This document shows, in pieces, positions 18,161 to 28,699 of a stretch of 64,000 nucleotides of DNA (within the stretch, counting starts at the first letter, position 1; every line of letters starts with the position of its first letter). Made by a program: the position numbers and the translations under genes. The stretch comes from an uncultured Planctomycetia bacterium (GTDB lineage Bacteria; Omnitrophota; Gorgyraeia; Duberdicusellales; 4484-171), in contig CAZWON010000001.1 in the NCBI GenBank assembly GCA_964635565.1, forward strand, positions 71,020-135,019, written 5' to 3'. The notes beneath the pieces were generated by a model. That model was given only the letters and a program-made list of their open reading frames with translations, had not been told where the DNA came from and ran no database searches.

Positions 18161-18972
18161 TATTATCAAGAGGTAAGTTAAAAGTAGGTATTATTGGTTG
18201 TGGAGCGATTGGCTCAGAAGTTGCTTATTTTATTGATAGAAAGTTAAATAAGTTTTTTACATTAATAGGCATTTACGATATTAATAAGGATAAAGTAGAG
18301 TCTGTGATAGCACATCTAAATAAGAAACCCAGAATATTCAGCTTTCATGCTCTTATAGCCTCTTCTGATATTATTATTGAGTGTGCTTCTATAGAATGTG
18401 CTAAAAAATTAATAGAAAAAACAAGAAGAGATAAAATACTATTTATTTTAAGTAGCGGTGTTTTTAGTATATACCCTCGTGTTTTAAAAAAAATTTTCTC
18501 TTTTAAAAGAATTTTTATTCCTTCGGGGGCTATTTGTGGAATTGATGGTATTGAGTCTTTTGCCTTAAGTAAGATAAAATCTTTAAAGCTCATCACATCT
18601 AAGCCACCATTTTCGCTTGAAGGTATAAAATTTTTAGAAAGAAAGGACATAGATATTAGAAAAATAAAGAAAGAAAAAATTTTATTTCGGGGGAATATAG
18701 AAAAAGCTATTAAATACTTTCCCAAAAATATCAATGTTGCTTCAACTTTATTTTTGGCAACAGGTTTTAAAAATATAGAGGTTACAATAAAAATCGACCC
18801 CCATATTAAAAGAAATACTCATCGTATTGAATTGATTGCTGATAAAGGCAAACTCTCTATTACCTTAGAAAATGTTCCTTCAAGAGTTAACCCGAAGACA
18901 AGTGTTGTTACGATTCTTTCTGTAAAAAATCTTCTTAAAAAGCTTGTAAATACTCTCTGGGTGGGTAGTTGA
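18157..18972 (+). CDS. aspartate dehydrogenase-like NAD(P)-binding protein (NadX/DUF108-type), putative
   Basis: N-terminal Rossmann '[14 protein letters not shown]'. ~270 aa with a C-terminal domain typical of the L-aspartate dehydrogenase family. Functional assignment is tentative. Confidence 0.45.
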   Translation: MILSRGKLKVGIIGCGAIGSEVAYFIDRKLNKFFTLIGIYDINKDKVESVIAHLNKKPRIFSFHALIASSDIIIECASIECAKKLIEKTRRDKILFILSSGVFSIYPRVLKKIFSFKRIFIPSGAICGIDGIESFALSKIKSLKLITSKPPFSLEGIKFLERKDIDIRKIKKEKILFRGNIEKAIKYFPKNINVASTLFLATGFKNIEVTIKIDPHIKRNTHRIELIADKGKLSITLENVPSRVNPKTSVVTILSVKNLLKKLVNTLWVGS

Positions 18973-21779
18973 TTATGGAGTTTCTTTCTATCTATGGCGC
19001 AAAAGAGCACAATCTTAAGAATATAAATCTTAAACTTCCTAAGAATAAACTTATTGTCATTACAGGTGTTTCAGGTTCGGGAAAATCTTCATTGGCTTTT
19101 GATACCATATATGCTGAAGGTCAACGTCGATATGTGGAAAGCCTTTCTAGTTATGCTCGCCAATTTTTAGAGCAGCTTAAGAAGCCTGATGTAGAATACA
19201 TTGAAGGTTTATCACCTGCAATTGCTATTGAACAACGCACTGCAGGGGGTTCTCCACGGTCTATTGTTGCTACCCAGACAGAAGTTTATGATTATTTACG
19301 TCTTCTTTTTGCTCGTATTGGTAAACCATATTGTTATAAGTGTAAGAAGCCTATAACTAAAATGACTCCCGATGAAATTATAGATAAAATTATCAATTCA
19401 TTTAGAGATAAAAAGGTCTACATCCTTTCTCCTTTAATAAGAGGGAAAAAAGGAGAATATGTTGCTTTATTTAAACGATTACTTAAAGAGGGGTTTGTGA
19501 GAGTAAGAGTTGATAAGAAGATATGCGAGTTAGAGGAGGAAATTAAACTGAATAAATATCGTCAACATCATATTGAAATAGTAGTGGATAGGGTTGTCGT
19601 TTCTAAAACCTTAAAGAAAAGAATTGCCGATTCTGTAGAGACTGCTTTACATTATTCAGAAGGTCTATTAATAGTTTATCTTGAAGATGAGAATAGAGAA
19701 GTCATATTCAATACAAAATTTAGTTGCCCAGGATGTGGAATATCTTTAGAGGAGGTTGCCCCCCGAATGTTTAGTTTTAATTCTCCCTATGGAGCGTGTC
19801 CTGCTTGTAATGGATTAGGAACTAAGTTTGAGTTTGACCCTGATTTGGTTATCCCTGACAAAAATAAGTCGTTAAATGAAGGAGCGATTGAACCTTGGAG
19901 GAGAGGTAGCAGGGGTTACATTCTTTATTATCGTTCTTTATTAAGAGAGTTGTCAAGAGAAGTGGGTTTTAGCTTGGATATCCCTTTTAGAAAACTACCT
20001 AAAAAAATACAGAAACTCATTATTTTTGGGGATAAGAATATATGGATATGGGGTAAGCCCTTTGAAGGTGTGATTCCTCATTTAATGCGTATTTTTAAGA
20101 ATACGGATAGTGCTTATGTTAAAGAAGAGACAGCAAAATTTATGTCTCGTCTTCCCTGTCCTTCTTGTGAAGGAAAACGTCTTCGTGAGGAAAGTCTTTC
20201 TGTATATATACACGATAAATCTATTTGGGATATTGTAAGGATGAGTATTGGTGAAGCTTTTGATTTTTTTTCTTCATTTCCTCTTAACGCTTACGAAAAA
20301 AAGATAGCAGAGCACATTCTTAAAGAGGTAAAGAATCGTCTTTCTTTTTGTATTAATGTAGGTATTTCTTATTTGACTTTGGATAGGTTGAGTTCTACTC
20401 TTTCAGGGGGAGAAGCCCAGCGTATCCGTTTAGCAACTCAGGTTGGCTCTGCTCTTAGTGGTGTAATTTATATCTTAGACGAACCTACTATTGGTCTTCA
20501 TCCTTATGATAATAAAAAGTTAATTTATACTTTAAGAAAACTGCGTGACCTCTCTAATACGGTTATTGTTGTTGAGCATGATGCAGATGTTATCAAGAAT
20601 AGTGATTGGATTGTAGATTTAGGACCGGGGGCAGGTGATTATGGTGGAAGGGTGGTTTATTCGGGGAATTTAGAGGGAATAGAGAATTCGTCTTCTTTGA
20701 CAGGAAAGTATCTAAGGGAGGAGGAGAAAATATTTTTTTCTTTTCGCAGGCGTTCTTATCGAGATAAACCTTGTCTTTTCATAAGAGGAGCATCTCAATA
20801 TAATTTAAAGAATATAGATGTTAAAATACCTTTAGGGGTGTTTGTGTGTGTTACAGGAGTGTCGGGTTCAGGAAAATCTACCCTTGTTAATGAGATTCTT
20901 TATAAAGCATTAACGAAGAGGTTGTATAAGGCGAGAGAGAAACCTGGTTTACATACTTCTATAGAAGGGATAGAAATAATTGATAAGGTAGTAATTGTTG
21001 ACCAATCTCCCATTGGAAGGACTCCCCGTTCAAATCCTGCTACTTACACAGGAGTATTTACTTATATTCGGCAGGTTTTTAGTAAAATTGATGAGGCAAG
21101 GAGGCGGGGATATAAGCCGAGTAGATTTAGTTTCAATGTTAAAGGAGGAAGATGCGAGGCATGTAGGGGGGAGGGGGAGAGAAAAATCGAGATGCACTTT
21201 CTTCCCGATGTGTATGTTCCCTGTGAGGTATGTAAAGGTAAAAGATTTAACGAACAGACTCTTGAAGTTAAATTTAAAGGGCTTTCTATTTCCGATGTCT
21301 TAAATATGAATGTAGATAGCGCTTTCTCTCTTTTTAACAATTTTCCTCACATTAAAAACATCTTGCAGACCTTAAAGGATGTTGGTTTAGGCTATATTAC
21401 TTTGGGACAACCAGCAACTACCCTTTCAGGGGGAGAGGCTCAGAGGATAAAGCTTGCTTCCCAGTTAAGGAAACGTCCCACAGGTAAAACCCTCTATATT
21501 CTTGATGAACCCACGACAGGCCTTCATTTCGATGATGTAAAAAAACTACTTTTATGTTTAGAGAGATTAGTAGATAGAGGCAATACGGTTTTAGTGATAG
21601 AGCATAATTTGGATGTAATAAAATGCGCTGATTATATAATAGATTTAGGACCTGAAGGAGGAGAAGAGGGGGGGTATTTGGTTGCCTGTGGTTCGCCCGA
21701 AGAGATAATAAATAATAGATTGTCTTATACTGCAAAGTTTCTTAAAAGTAAACTGAGAGAAGTTTCTTATGAAAAGTAG
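18969..21779 (+). CDS. uvrA: excinuclease ABC subunit A
   Basis: Two ABC ATPase modules: '[28 protein letters not shown]' and '[16 protein letters not shown]'. Two 'LSGGEAQRI' signature motifs. Zinc-finger Cys pairs. 936 aa. Confidence 0.95.
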   Translation: MIMEFLSIYGAKEHNLKNINLKLPKNKLIVITGVSGSGKSSLAFDTIYAEGQRRYVESLSSYARQFLEQLKKPDVEYIEGLSPAIAIEQRTAGGSPRSIVATQTEVYDYLRLLFARIGKPYCYKCKKPITKMTPDEIIDKIINSFRDKKVYILSPLIRGKKGEYVALFKRLLKEGFVRVRVDKKICELEEEIKLNKYRQHHIEIVVDRVVVSKTLKKRIADSVETALHYSEGLLIVYLEDENREVIFNTKFSCPGCGISLEEVAPRMFSFNSPYGACPACNGLGTKFEFDPDLVIPDKNKSLNEGAIEPWRRGSRGYILYYRSLLRELSREVGFSLDIPFRKLPKKIQKLIIFGDKNIWIWGKPFEGVIPHLMRIFKNTDSAYVKEETAKFMSRLPCPSCEGKRLREESLSVYIHDKSIWDIVRMSIGEAFDFFSSFPLNAYEKKIAEHILKEVKNRLSFCINVGISYLTLDRLSSTLSGGEAQRIRLATQVGSALSGVIYILDEPTIGLHPYDNKKLIYTLRKLRDLSNTVIVVEHDADVIKNSDWIVDLGPGAGDYGGRVVYSGNLEGIENSSSLTGKYLREEEKIFFSFRRRSYRDKPCLFIRGASQYNLKNIDVKIPLGVFVCVTGVSGSGKSTLVNEILYKALTKRLYKAREKPGLHTSIEGIEIIDKVVIVDQSPIGRTPRSNPATYTGVFTYIRQVFSKIDEARRRGYKPSRFSFNVKGGRCEACRGEGERKIEMHFLPDVYVPCEVCKGKRFNEQTLEVKFKGLSISDVLNMNVDSAFSLFNNFPHIKNILQTLKDVGLGYITLGQPATTLSGGEAQRIKLASQLRKRPTGKTLYILDEPTTGLHFDDVKKLLLCLERLVDRGNTVLVIEHNLDVIKCADYIIDLGPEGGEEGGYLVACGSPEEIINNRLSYTAKFLKSKLREVSYEK

Positions 21780-24168
21780 GATAATTTTTATTGAGGCAAT
21801 ATTTTTCTTTTCTTTTCTTTCTTTTCGTATTTTTGCATTAGACAGAGAGGATGATGTTTTTTATAAAGCAGTAGATGTATATTCTGAAGGACGTTATAAA
21901 GAAAGTGAAAAGTTATTTAATAGTTTTATAAAGTCTTACCCTGATTCTTTTAAAATGCCTTCAGCTGAGCTTTATTTAGCTAAGTCTTTATATTTTCAAG
22001 GTAATTACAAAGATACAATTAGAATTTTAAATTCTATTGTGGGAAAGGAAGACTATAAGAATGTCTATGATGAAACATATTATTGGCTGTCAAAGACTTA
22101 TTATATTTTAGGAGATTATTCTAAAGCCTTTAAGTATATAGAAAAAATTATAAAAGATTATCCTAATTCCTATTTTATATGGAAAAGTAAATATTTACTT
22201 GCACAGTTATATTTAAAAAATAGCAGAGGAAAAGACGCTCTTGTTATCTTAAAAGAAATTATTAATAGTTGTAGAGAGAATGAAATTGTTGAGAATGCCT
22301 ATTTAGGACTGTTATACTTATTACGTAAATACGATGATTATAAAGAGATAAATATTTTAACCTCTCAATATTTAGATAAGAATCCCACAGGAAAATTGCA
22401 GGATAAAATGCATTTTTATCGTGCGGAAAGTTACTATAAAGATAATGAATACAATAAAGCTATAGAAGAGTATACTTTTGCTCTTAGTATAACAGATGAT
22501 AGGCAACTAAAAGATTTAATTCATCAAAAAAGAGGCTTGTCTTTTCTTGCCCAAGGAGATTTGACTCAAGCAGAGAAAGATTTTTCAAATATTTATTTGG
22601 AAGAATATAAACTTTTTTCATATGGAGTATATTACTTTAATAAGAAAGAATATAGCTTAAGTTTAGATAAATTAAGTAAATTCTTAGAGAAGTTTTCTGA
22701 AAGTGAGTATACTCCTTTAGCTTATTTATATAAAGCAGAGATTTTCTACCGTATGGGACGGATAAAAGATGCTCTATCTATCTATAAGGATATTATTGAT
22801 AACTGCGATAAGTATTATTATAAAAGTATAGCTGATGACGCTTATTATGGACTGGGGTGGTGTTATATAAAAGATGGTGATTTTAAAAAAGCTATACAAG
22901 CCTTTCAACATACCGCTCATAATACCAATAATCTCATGATTAAAATAACTTCAGAGATTCAAATAGCTAATTCCTATAAGAATAAAGGAAAGTTAGATAA
23001 AGCAGTAAGGTATTATAAAAATATATTAGAGAATTACCCCGATAGCCTTTATAGTGATTATATTTATTTTCAGATAGGAATGATTATGATAGAGAAACAT
23101 AACTGGGAAGAAGCTCTTTCTAATTTTTCTATATTAAAAAACAACTTTCCTTCTTCCAGCTTAATACCAGAAGTGCTTTATTATACAGGAGTTGTTTACC
23201 TTTCTAAAAAGGATTTTAGAGAGGCCCAAAATGCTTTTTTAAAATTTACAAAGTGTTATCAAGGACATAGATTATTTTGGCAATCGTATTATCTTTATGG
23301 AGAGGCTCTTTTGGGGGGTGGGTTGTATAGAAAAGCTGTGGAAGTTTTTAGTGAGGTTTTAAAAAGAAAAGAAAAAGGATTAGAGGAATTATCGCTTCTG
23401 GGAATGATTGAGGCGTATTATGGACTTTCTGATTTCAATAATGTTATTAAAAAAGCAAGGAAATTTTTACGTTTGTTTCCCTATAGTGATAATATTCCTT
23501 TTGTTTATTTGTATCTGGGGAAAATTTATGAAGCTCAGAGTGATTTTTCTAAAGCAGAATATTTTTATGAGCTCATAATAGAGGAGTATAATAATAGTGA
23601 AATTAAAGATGAAGCTATGTTTTCCTTAGGAGTTCTTTATTTTAATAAAGGATACTTAGATAAAGCCCAGTATTATTTTAATATACTCAGAGAGACATCT
23701 TTAAGAGAAGAAGCACAGATGTATATAGCGAAAATATTTATTTTTAAAGGTAAAGGTAAAGAAGCCTTAGAAATTTATAGAGAGATATCAAAAACAAAAA
23801 ATAAATTTAGTAAAGAGGCTCTTTTAGAAGAGGCTTTTCTTTTAAAGGAAATGAAGAGATATGACGAAGCAGAAAATATATTTAAAGAGATAATTAGAGT
23901 AGGTGAGAGCTCGCCACGTATCCATTTTGCTTTTGGGTTTTGTTTAGAGAAACTTAACAAATTAGAGGAAGCTATTGAAGAATATTATAAAGTAGTTTAT
24001 AATTCCAATTCTACAGAGGATAAAATTAAGGCTTACTTCCGTTTAGCACGTATCTATGAACGTAAAGATGATATTGAAAAGGCAAGGGGGATGTATAATA
24101 AGATAATTTCCACAGGTTACCCTGAGGCAAAAGTTGCAGAAAAAAGGTTAAGCAGTCTTATAAGGTAA
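21769..24168 (+). CDS. large secreted tetratricopeptide-repeat (TPR) protein
   Basis: N-terminal signal-peptide-like hydrophobic segment. Throughout, the TPR periodicity recurs ('Y..A...Y..G.Y..A...F..') over 799 aa. Confidence 0.75.
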   Translation: MKSRIIFIEAIFFFSFLSFRIFALDREDDVFYKAVDVYSEGRYKESEKLFNSFIKSYPDSFKMPSAELYLAKSLYFQGNYKDTIRILNSIVGKEDYKNVYDETYYWLSKTYYILGDYSKAFKYIEKIIKDYPNSYFIWKSKYLLAQLYLKNSRGKDALVILKEIINSCRENEIVENAYLGLLYLLRKYDDYKEINILTSQYLDKNPTGKLQDKMHFYRAESYYKDNEYNKAIEEYTFALSITDDRQLKDLIHQKRGLSFLAQGDLTQAEKDFSNIYLEEYKLFSYGVYYFNKKEYSLSLDKLSKFLEKFSESEYTPLAYLYKAEIFYRMGRIKDALSIYKDIIDNCDKYYYKSIADDAYYGLGWCYIKDGDFKKAIQAFQHTAHNTNNLMIKITSEIQIANSYKNKGKLDKAVRYYKNILENYPDSLYSDYIYFQIGMIMIEKHNWEEALSNFSILKNNFPSSSLIPEVLYYTGVVYLSKKDFREAQNAFLKFTKCYQGHRLFWQSYYLYGEALLGGGLYRKAVEVFSEVLKRKEKGLEELSLLGMIEAYYGLSDFNNVIKKARKFLRLFPYSDNIPFVYLYLGKIYEAQSDFSKAEYFYELIIEEYNNSEIKDEAMFSLGVLYFNKGYLDKAQYYFNILRETSLREEAQMYIAKIFIFKGKGKEALEIYREISKTKNKFSKEALLEEAFLLKEMKRYDEAENIFKEIIRVGESSPRIHFAFGFCLEKLNKLEEAIEEYYKVVYNSNSTEDKIKAYFRLARIYERKDDIEKARGMYNKIISTGYPEAKVAEKRLSSLIR

Positions 24169-24206
24169 GTACATATTAAGCTAAAATTTAAAAATTAGGA
24201 GGGAAA

Positions 24207-24848
24207 ATGATTGATTTAATGTTAAAGAGTTTTGGCTTTATTGCCAAAGGGGGATGGTTGATGTGGCCGTTGATGGCTTGTTCAATAGTCTCTTTAGCAA
24301 TTATTATTGAACGGTTTTTATTTTTTGCGAGTTTTAAAAAATATAATAGCCAAAAAATAATAGAAAAAATTTTGAAATGTTTCTCTGAAGGGAATATAAA
24401 AGAAGCCATAAGCTTATGCGAGAAAAATCCTTATTATCTTACCAATATTATTAAAGCAGGAATATACCATTATAACTATCCTAAAGGGGTTATAAAAGAA
24501 GCAATGGAAAATTCTTCTTTGTATGAAATACCTAAGTTAGAAAAAAATCTGAATTTTTTAAGTACCTTAGCACATGTTTCTCCTCTTATAGGACTTTTGG
24601 GAACAGTTGTGGGTTTGGTGAAGAGTTTTTATGCCATTGAGCAGAAAGCTGTTACTGCAGGAATGATTAATCCTTCTGATATTGCTGGGGGGATATGGGA
24701 GGCTTTGCTTACTACCGTAGCAGGATTATGTATTGCCATTATTAGTTATCTTGCCTATAATTATTTTGTCCATAAGGTTAATATGTATGTATTAGAGGCA
24801 GAAAGAGCTTCTACAGAACTCTTAGAAGTTACTTCAGGAGCAAAGTAA
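24207..24848 (+). CDS. MotA/TolQ/ExbB family proton-channel protein
   Basis: 'GGWLMWPLMACSIVSLAIIIERF' N-terminal TM. C-terminal TM2/TM3 'LGTVVGLV...GIWEALLTT'. ~210 aa. Confidence 0.8.
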   Translation: MIDLMLKSFGFIAKGGWLMWPLMACSIVSLAIIIERFLFFASFKKYNSQKIIEKILKCFSEGNIKEAISLCEKNPYYLTNIIKAGIYHYNYPKGVIKEAMENSSLYEIPKLEKNLNFLSTLAHVSPLIGLLGTVVGLVKSFYAIEQKAVTAGMINPSDIAGGIWEALLTTVAGLCIAIISYLAYNYFVHKVNMYVLEAERASTELLEVTSGAK

Positions 24849-25247
24849 ATGAGATTTAAAAGGCATATAAATATTGAGGCAGGGTTGAAACAATTAGAGA
24901 TTACACCTCTTATAGATTGTGTATTTTTATTACTGATTTTTTTTATGCTCACTTCTAATTTTGTAGTTTCTCCTGGTATTAATATAAGATTACCAAAATC
25001 TTCTGTATCAGAAGTTGTGCGGACAAAAACAGTTATGATTACTATTTCTTCAGAGGACCTTATATACGTAGAAGGGAAGATATTTACTTCTTCTGAACTG
25101 GAGCAGTATCTAAAGAAGGCAGATTGCAAGTCTATATTTATAAAGGCAGATAGAGATTCAAGTTTAGGAGCAGTAGTGGGAATATGGGATATATGTAAGC
25201 GCGTAGGAATAGATAAGATAGGGATTGCCACGATTTCTCGGGAATGA
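24849..25247 (+). CDS. ExbD/TolR family biopolymer transport protein
   Basis: 'EITPLIDCVFLLLIFFMLTS' single TM plus periplasmic domain. ~130 aa. Immediately follows the TolQ/ExbB-like gene. Confidence 0.75.
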   Translation: MRFKRHINIEAGLKQLEITPLIDCVFLLLIFFMLTSNFVVSPGINIRLPKSSVSEVVRTKTVMITISSEDLIYVEGKIFTSSELEQYLKKADCKSIFIKADRDSSLGAVVGIWDICKRVGIDKIGIATISRE

Positions 25248-25307
25248 AGCTTATTGATTATTAAAAAATTCTGGACATCTATGGCTATTTAATGGTAAAA
25301 TTAGATT

Positions 25308-25505
25308 ATGATTACAGAAATAGGGATTGTTGCAGGAGAGATATGGGATTTATTAGAAAAGTCAAAAGAAACTTCTTTAAAGAATATTATAAAAAAGATT
25401 GATAAATCACCAAAGCTTATTTTTATGAGCATAGGGTGGTTGGCTCGGGAAGGGCATATTATATTAAAAAAAGAAAATAATGACTATAAAGTCTGTTTAC
25501 GGTAG
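25308..25505 (+). CDS. small hypothetical protein, possible winged-helix fold
   Basis: 65 aa ORF with no strong motif. Weak call. Confidence 0.25.
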   Translation: MITEIGIVAGEIWDLLEKSKETSLKNIIKKIDKSPKLIFMSIGWLAREGHIILKKENNDYKVCLR

Positions 25506-25839
25506 AAAAAAAGGTGTAGTCCTTGTTGTGGTAATAGGAGTGATGCTTACAATTGTTTTTCTTTGCTTAGCTGTTCTTTATGTTATGTCTCAACAGGCAC
25601 GCATAGCAGAGCATAAAATTAGAAGGTTACGAGCTTACTATGCAGCTATGGCAGGTGTGGTGTATGCTTTTGACCAGTTAAGGCAAGGTAATGACCCTTC
25701 GGGAACACCAGCTTTTCGTATTGGCAGTGGCATTAGAGGATATCCTTTCTTAGGTTTACCTGTGAATATTAATGTTGTTCATGGAGGGGGAGTAGATAAT
25801 ACAGATAAAATAGAGGTAACGGTAGATTATAATCTTTAG
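25480..25839 (+). CDS. PilX-like type IV pilus minor-pilin/assembly protein (PilX_N-type N-terminus)
   Basis: N-terminus 'KKGVVLVVVIGVMLTIVFLCLAVLYVMSQQARIA' resembles the PilX N-domain 'G.ALV..L..L...T.LGLA'. It lies upstream of the pilus assembly operon. Confidence 0.4.
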   Translation: MTIKSVYGRKKGVVLVVVIGVMLTIVFLCLAVLYVMSQQARIAEHKIRRLRAYYAAMAGVVYAFDQLRQGNDPSGTPAFRIGSGIRGYPFLGLPVNINVVHGGGVDNTDKIEVTVDYNL

Positions 25840-26073
25840 AATTCCTGCCTTCTTACATTATCAAGATACCTTTCTACAAACAATTTTAGAAATATAACTT
25901 TTTAATAATGTCCTTATAAGCGTAATTGAATATTCTAATTTTATTATTGGGGAGAATTATTATGCAGAACGCTCTTTTAAGACCGCATTTAACTTTGATT
26001 ATACAACATATAGTGTAAGGAAAGAAATGTCACAATATATAGAAATAAAGTAACAAATTATAATAAATTATAC

Positions 26074-26107
26074 TTGACATAAGTAAATAAAAATAATTAA
26101 ATATAAT
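26074..26107 (+). promoter_or_regulatory. possible sigma70-type promoter for the pilus operon (TTGACA at 26074-26079, AT-rich -10 candidates 26097-26107)
   Basis: Perfect -35 hexamer 'TTGACA' ~50 nt upstream of the HTH gene start. Several TAAAT/ATAAT-like hexamers sit 17-22 nt downstream. Specificity is low in this AT-rich DNA. Confidence 0.25.
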
Positions 26108-26126
26108 TGTATTTAAATTATAAAAA

Positions 26127-26315
26127 ATGAAAGAATCGAGAACAGTACGATTAATGAGTATTAGTGAATTAGCAGAATATTTGGGTCTTAGAAGACAGAC
26201 CATTTATAATTGGTTGCATCAGAAGAAAATTTCAGGGATAAAAATCGGTAAGGTATGGCGTTTTGACCGTAGAGAAATAGAGAAATGGCTTAAAAACTGT
26301 AGTAAAAATAAATGA
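26127..26315 (+). CDS. small helix-turn-helix DNA-binding protein (excisionase/HTH_17-like)
   Basis: 'MSISELAEYLGLRRQTIYNWL...GKVWRFDRREIEKWL' is typical of the MerR-superfamily excisionase-type HTH. Its stop overlaps the pilM start (ATGA). Confidence 0.6.
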   Translation: MKESRTVRLMSISELAEYLGLRRQTIYNWLHQKKISGIKIGKVWRFDRREIEKWLKNCSKNK

Positions 26316-27796
26316 GTAAAGAATATCTGGGAATATATATAGGGGAGAGCTTCGTTGTTTGTGTACGTTTAGAAGATAAAAACTTAGTAGCTTTTACAAA
26401 ACTTAATATTTCATCATTAGAGGAAGATGTAAAAGAGGGTGTTGTTAAAAGAGATGTATTATGGGAGGCTTTAATAAATAAAGTGGTAAGAGAAGTAGGA
26501 GGAGGTAAGAATAATGAGGCGTTTGTTTCTTTAGAAGATAAGGAGTTTATTTACCGCTGTTTTGATATGCCTCTAATGAGTAAAAGAGAGGTAGAGGCAT
26601 CTATTAAGTATGAAATAGAAAAATATATCCCTTTTAGTATAGAGGATTTAGTTTGGGATTACGATTATGTTAAGATTCCCAAAGATAAAAAAATAAATTT
26701 ATCTTTTATAGGAATAAAGAAAATTACTTTAGAAAGATATCTCTTCTTACTTAAAGGTGCCAATATAAGGATATTAAATATTGAACCTTCTGCAGTGGCG
26801 CTTATGAGAGTGGTGAGGTCTCTAAAAATTGCAAAGAAGATAAATAATTTTATTATCCTTGATTTCTCTCCTGATGCCTCTTATATTACTTTTTTTTATA
26901 ATGATTTACCCATATTTAATAGGTTTTTAGGTAGTTACGGAAAAGAGAAAGAGAATGCTGTTGATAAAATAATAGATGAGGTAAGAATTTCTATTCAGTA
27001 TTTTAGAAGAGAATTTAGAAATTATTCTTTAGATAAGTTGTTCATTATTGGAGACTTGGATACGCAAGATATCCTTTCTTCGATAAAAAAAGAGATAGAT
27101 GTAGATTCTTTACTTGTCACTACGGAGGATATTCTAAATATTAAAGAAGCAAATGTGGGACATCTCAAAGCTTATGCAGTGGCAACTTCTTTTTTCCTTC
27201 CTGCACGATTTAAACCTACCTTTTATGGTGAACAGAAGTTATCTGTTGAAAAAATTGTTACAACAGAACTGCTTGCTTTTAATTATGTACTTTTAGGAGC
27301 AGTAATATTGATTGGTATTTTAGGTTGTTTCTTCTTTTATGCTTTGTTAGATAACAATCTTTCTGTAAAGCGCTACCGTATAAGAAAGGAAGTAAAAAAA
27401 ATAGTTCTTCCTCCTAGTGTAAAAGATAAGTCAATAGAGGAGATTAAAAGGTATATAAAAGGCAAAAAGAGCCAGATGGAAAATTTGAGAAATATTTTTG
27501 GAAAGGTTAAAGAGATTACTCCTTTTTTAGATATTATGCCTGATATTATCCCTCAAGGTTTATGGCTTGAGGATTTTTCTTTGAGAAAAGATAAGGGGAG
27601 ATTGAGTTTATCTATTACCGGTTATGTATTTCTTGCCTCTAAAGAAGAAGAGACAAAGTCATTGGATAATTTTATTTATTCCCTTAGAAATAATGAAACT
27701 ATTAAATCATATTTTTCTCAGCTGGAAATTATTTCTATTAAAAGAAAGAAAGTAGAGGGGTATGATTCTCTCAGCTTTTCTGTGAAGTTAAAATAG
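26312..27796 (+). CDS. type IV pilus assembly protein PilM fused to a PilN-like TM + periplasmic domain
   Basis: Actin-like PilM motifs 'EASIKYEIEKYIPFSIEDLVWDYDYV' and 'ILNIEPSAVALMR'. Then one TM helix 'LLAFNYVLLGAVILIGILGCFFFYAL' and a ~150 aa C-terminal domain, as in PilN. 494 aa. Confidence 0.7.
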   Translation: MSKEYLGIYIGESFVVCVRLEDKNLVAFTKLNISSLEEDVKEGVVKRDVLWEALINKVVREVGGGKNNEAFVSLEDKEFIYRCFDMPLMSKREVEASIKYEIEKYIPFSIEDLVWDYDYVKIPKDKKINLSFIGIKKITLERYLFLLKGANIRILNIEPSAVALMRVVRSLKIAKKINNFIILDFSPDASYITFFYNDLPIFNRFLGSYGKEKENAVDKIIDEVRISIQYFRREFRNYSLDKLFIIGDLDTQDILSSIKKEIDVDSLLVTTEDILNIKEANVGHLKAYAVATSFFLPARFKPTFYGEQKLSVEKIVTTELLAFNYVLLGAVILIGILGCFFFYALLDNNLSVKRYRIRKEVKKIVLPPSVKDKSIEEIKRYIKGKKSQMENLRNIFGKVKEITPFLDIMPDIIPQGLWLEDFSLRKDKGRLSLSITGYVFLASKEEETKSLDNFIYSLRNNETIKSYFSQLEIISIKRKKVEGYDSLSFSVKLK

Positions 27797-27803
27797 AAAG
27801 CAG

Positions 27804-28280
27804 ATGGATTCACTAATAAAGCATAAAAATATAATTGCAGTTTTTCTTATCAGTATAATTTTTGTTTTTATAGCTCGGCAGATTCATTCAAGTTTTATAC
27901 AGAAATATAGAAAGCTGGATAAAGAAAAAAAAGAATTTGAAGAAAAAAAAGTTTTAGCTAATACGTTATCAAATATTGAGGAAGAGTTTAATAATCTTAA
28001 AAAGAGAGTATTTAAAGGAGACATCTTTGATTTTAAGAAGGTAATAGAGAATAACGCTGCTAAGAGAAAAATTATTGTTGATTCTCTTATTCCTAAAGAA
28101 TTAGAGAATAGGAAGGAATATAAGAAGGTAAGATTTATCCTTGAGCTTAAAACGGATTATGATTCTTTGAGAAAGTTTGTTAGCAACTTAGAATCAACCG
28201 GGTGTGTAGATATAAGATATTTAGAGAGAAGAGGGTTCCATAAATATCTTTTAGAGGTGGTTGTAATATTGAAAGAATAG
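27804..28280 (+). CDS. PilO-like inner-membrane pilus assembly protein
   Basis: N-terminal TM 'IIAVFLISIIFVFIA', a coiled-coil region and a C-terminal alpha/beta domain. Position between pilMN and pilP/Q. Confidence 0.45.
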   Translation: MDSLIKHKNIIAVFLISIIFVFIARQIHSSFIQKYRKLDKEKKEFEEKKVLANTLSNIEEEFNNLKKRVFKGDIFDFKKVIENNAAKRKIIVDSLIPKELENRKEYKKVRFILELKTDYDSLRKFVSNLESTGCVDIRYLERRGFHKYLLEVVVILKE

Positions 28281-28282
28281 AT

Positions 28283-28699
28283 ATGCGAGTATATATAATA
28301 GCTTTAGGAACAGGGCTGCTTTTATATCTGCCCTATGTAGGATTAACAGAGGAGGAAAGTTTTAAAAGAGACCTTTTTACTCCTCCTTTCAGGAAGATTG
28401 AAAAGAAGACAATGAAGGTTAAGGAACGTCCTTTTAAAAAACCTACTCCTATAAAGAGGGAATTTATTAAGAAGCAAAAAGTTAAACCCCAATATTTAGA
28501 CTTGGAGGTAGAAGGTATAATTTTAAGCGATAATCTCAAACATGCTATAATTGATGGACATCTTTATAAAGAGGGAGATATTGTAGAAAATAAAGACGCT
28601 AAAATAGTAAAGATAGATAAAGGGAGAATTTTTCTTATGTTTAGTGGTGTTTTGTATGAAGTGCCTATTGGAAAAAATATAGAGGAAAAATATAGATGA
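28283..28699 (+). CDS. PilP-like pilus assembly protein
   Basis: Signal/TM segment, proline/lysine-rich linker, C-terminal beta domain 'GIILSDNLKHAIIDGHLYKEGDIV'. Position directly before the secretin. Confidence 0.4.
   Translation: MRVYIIALGTGLLLYLPYVGLTEEESFKRDLFTPPFRKIEKKTMKVKERPFKKPTPIKREFIKKQKVKPQYLDLEVEGIILSDNLKHAIIDGHLYKEGDIVENKDAKIVKIDKGRIFLMFSGVLYEVPIGKNIEEKYR

Noticed and set aside
20995-21735. Several 90-105 aa ORFs on both strands inside uvrA (20995-21303 +, 21062-21340 -, 21418-21735 -)
   Set aside because: They lie fully inside a confidently identified, highly conserved uvrA reading frame. They have no motifs and have the composition of antisense or alternate-frame artefacts.
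24207-25247. Zorya-type anti-phage system (ZorA/ZorB MotAB-like)
   Set aside because: At 213 aa the MotA-like protein is far too short for ZorA with its long C-terminal tail. The partner is ExbD/TolR-like without a peptidoglycan-binding domain. No ZorC/ZorD-like genes follow.
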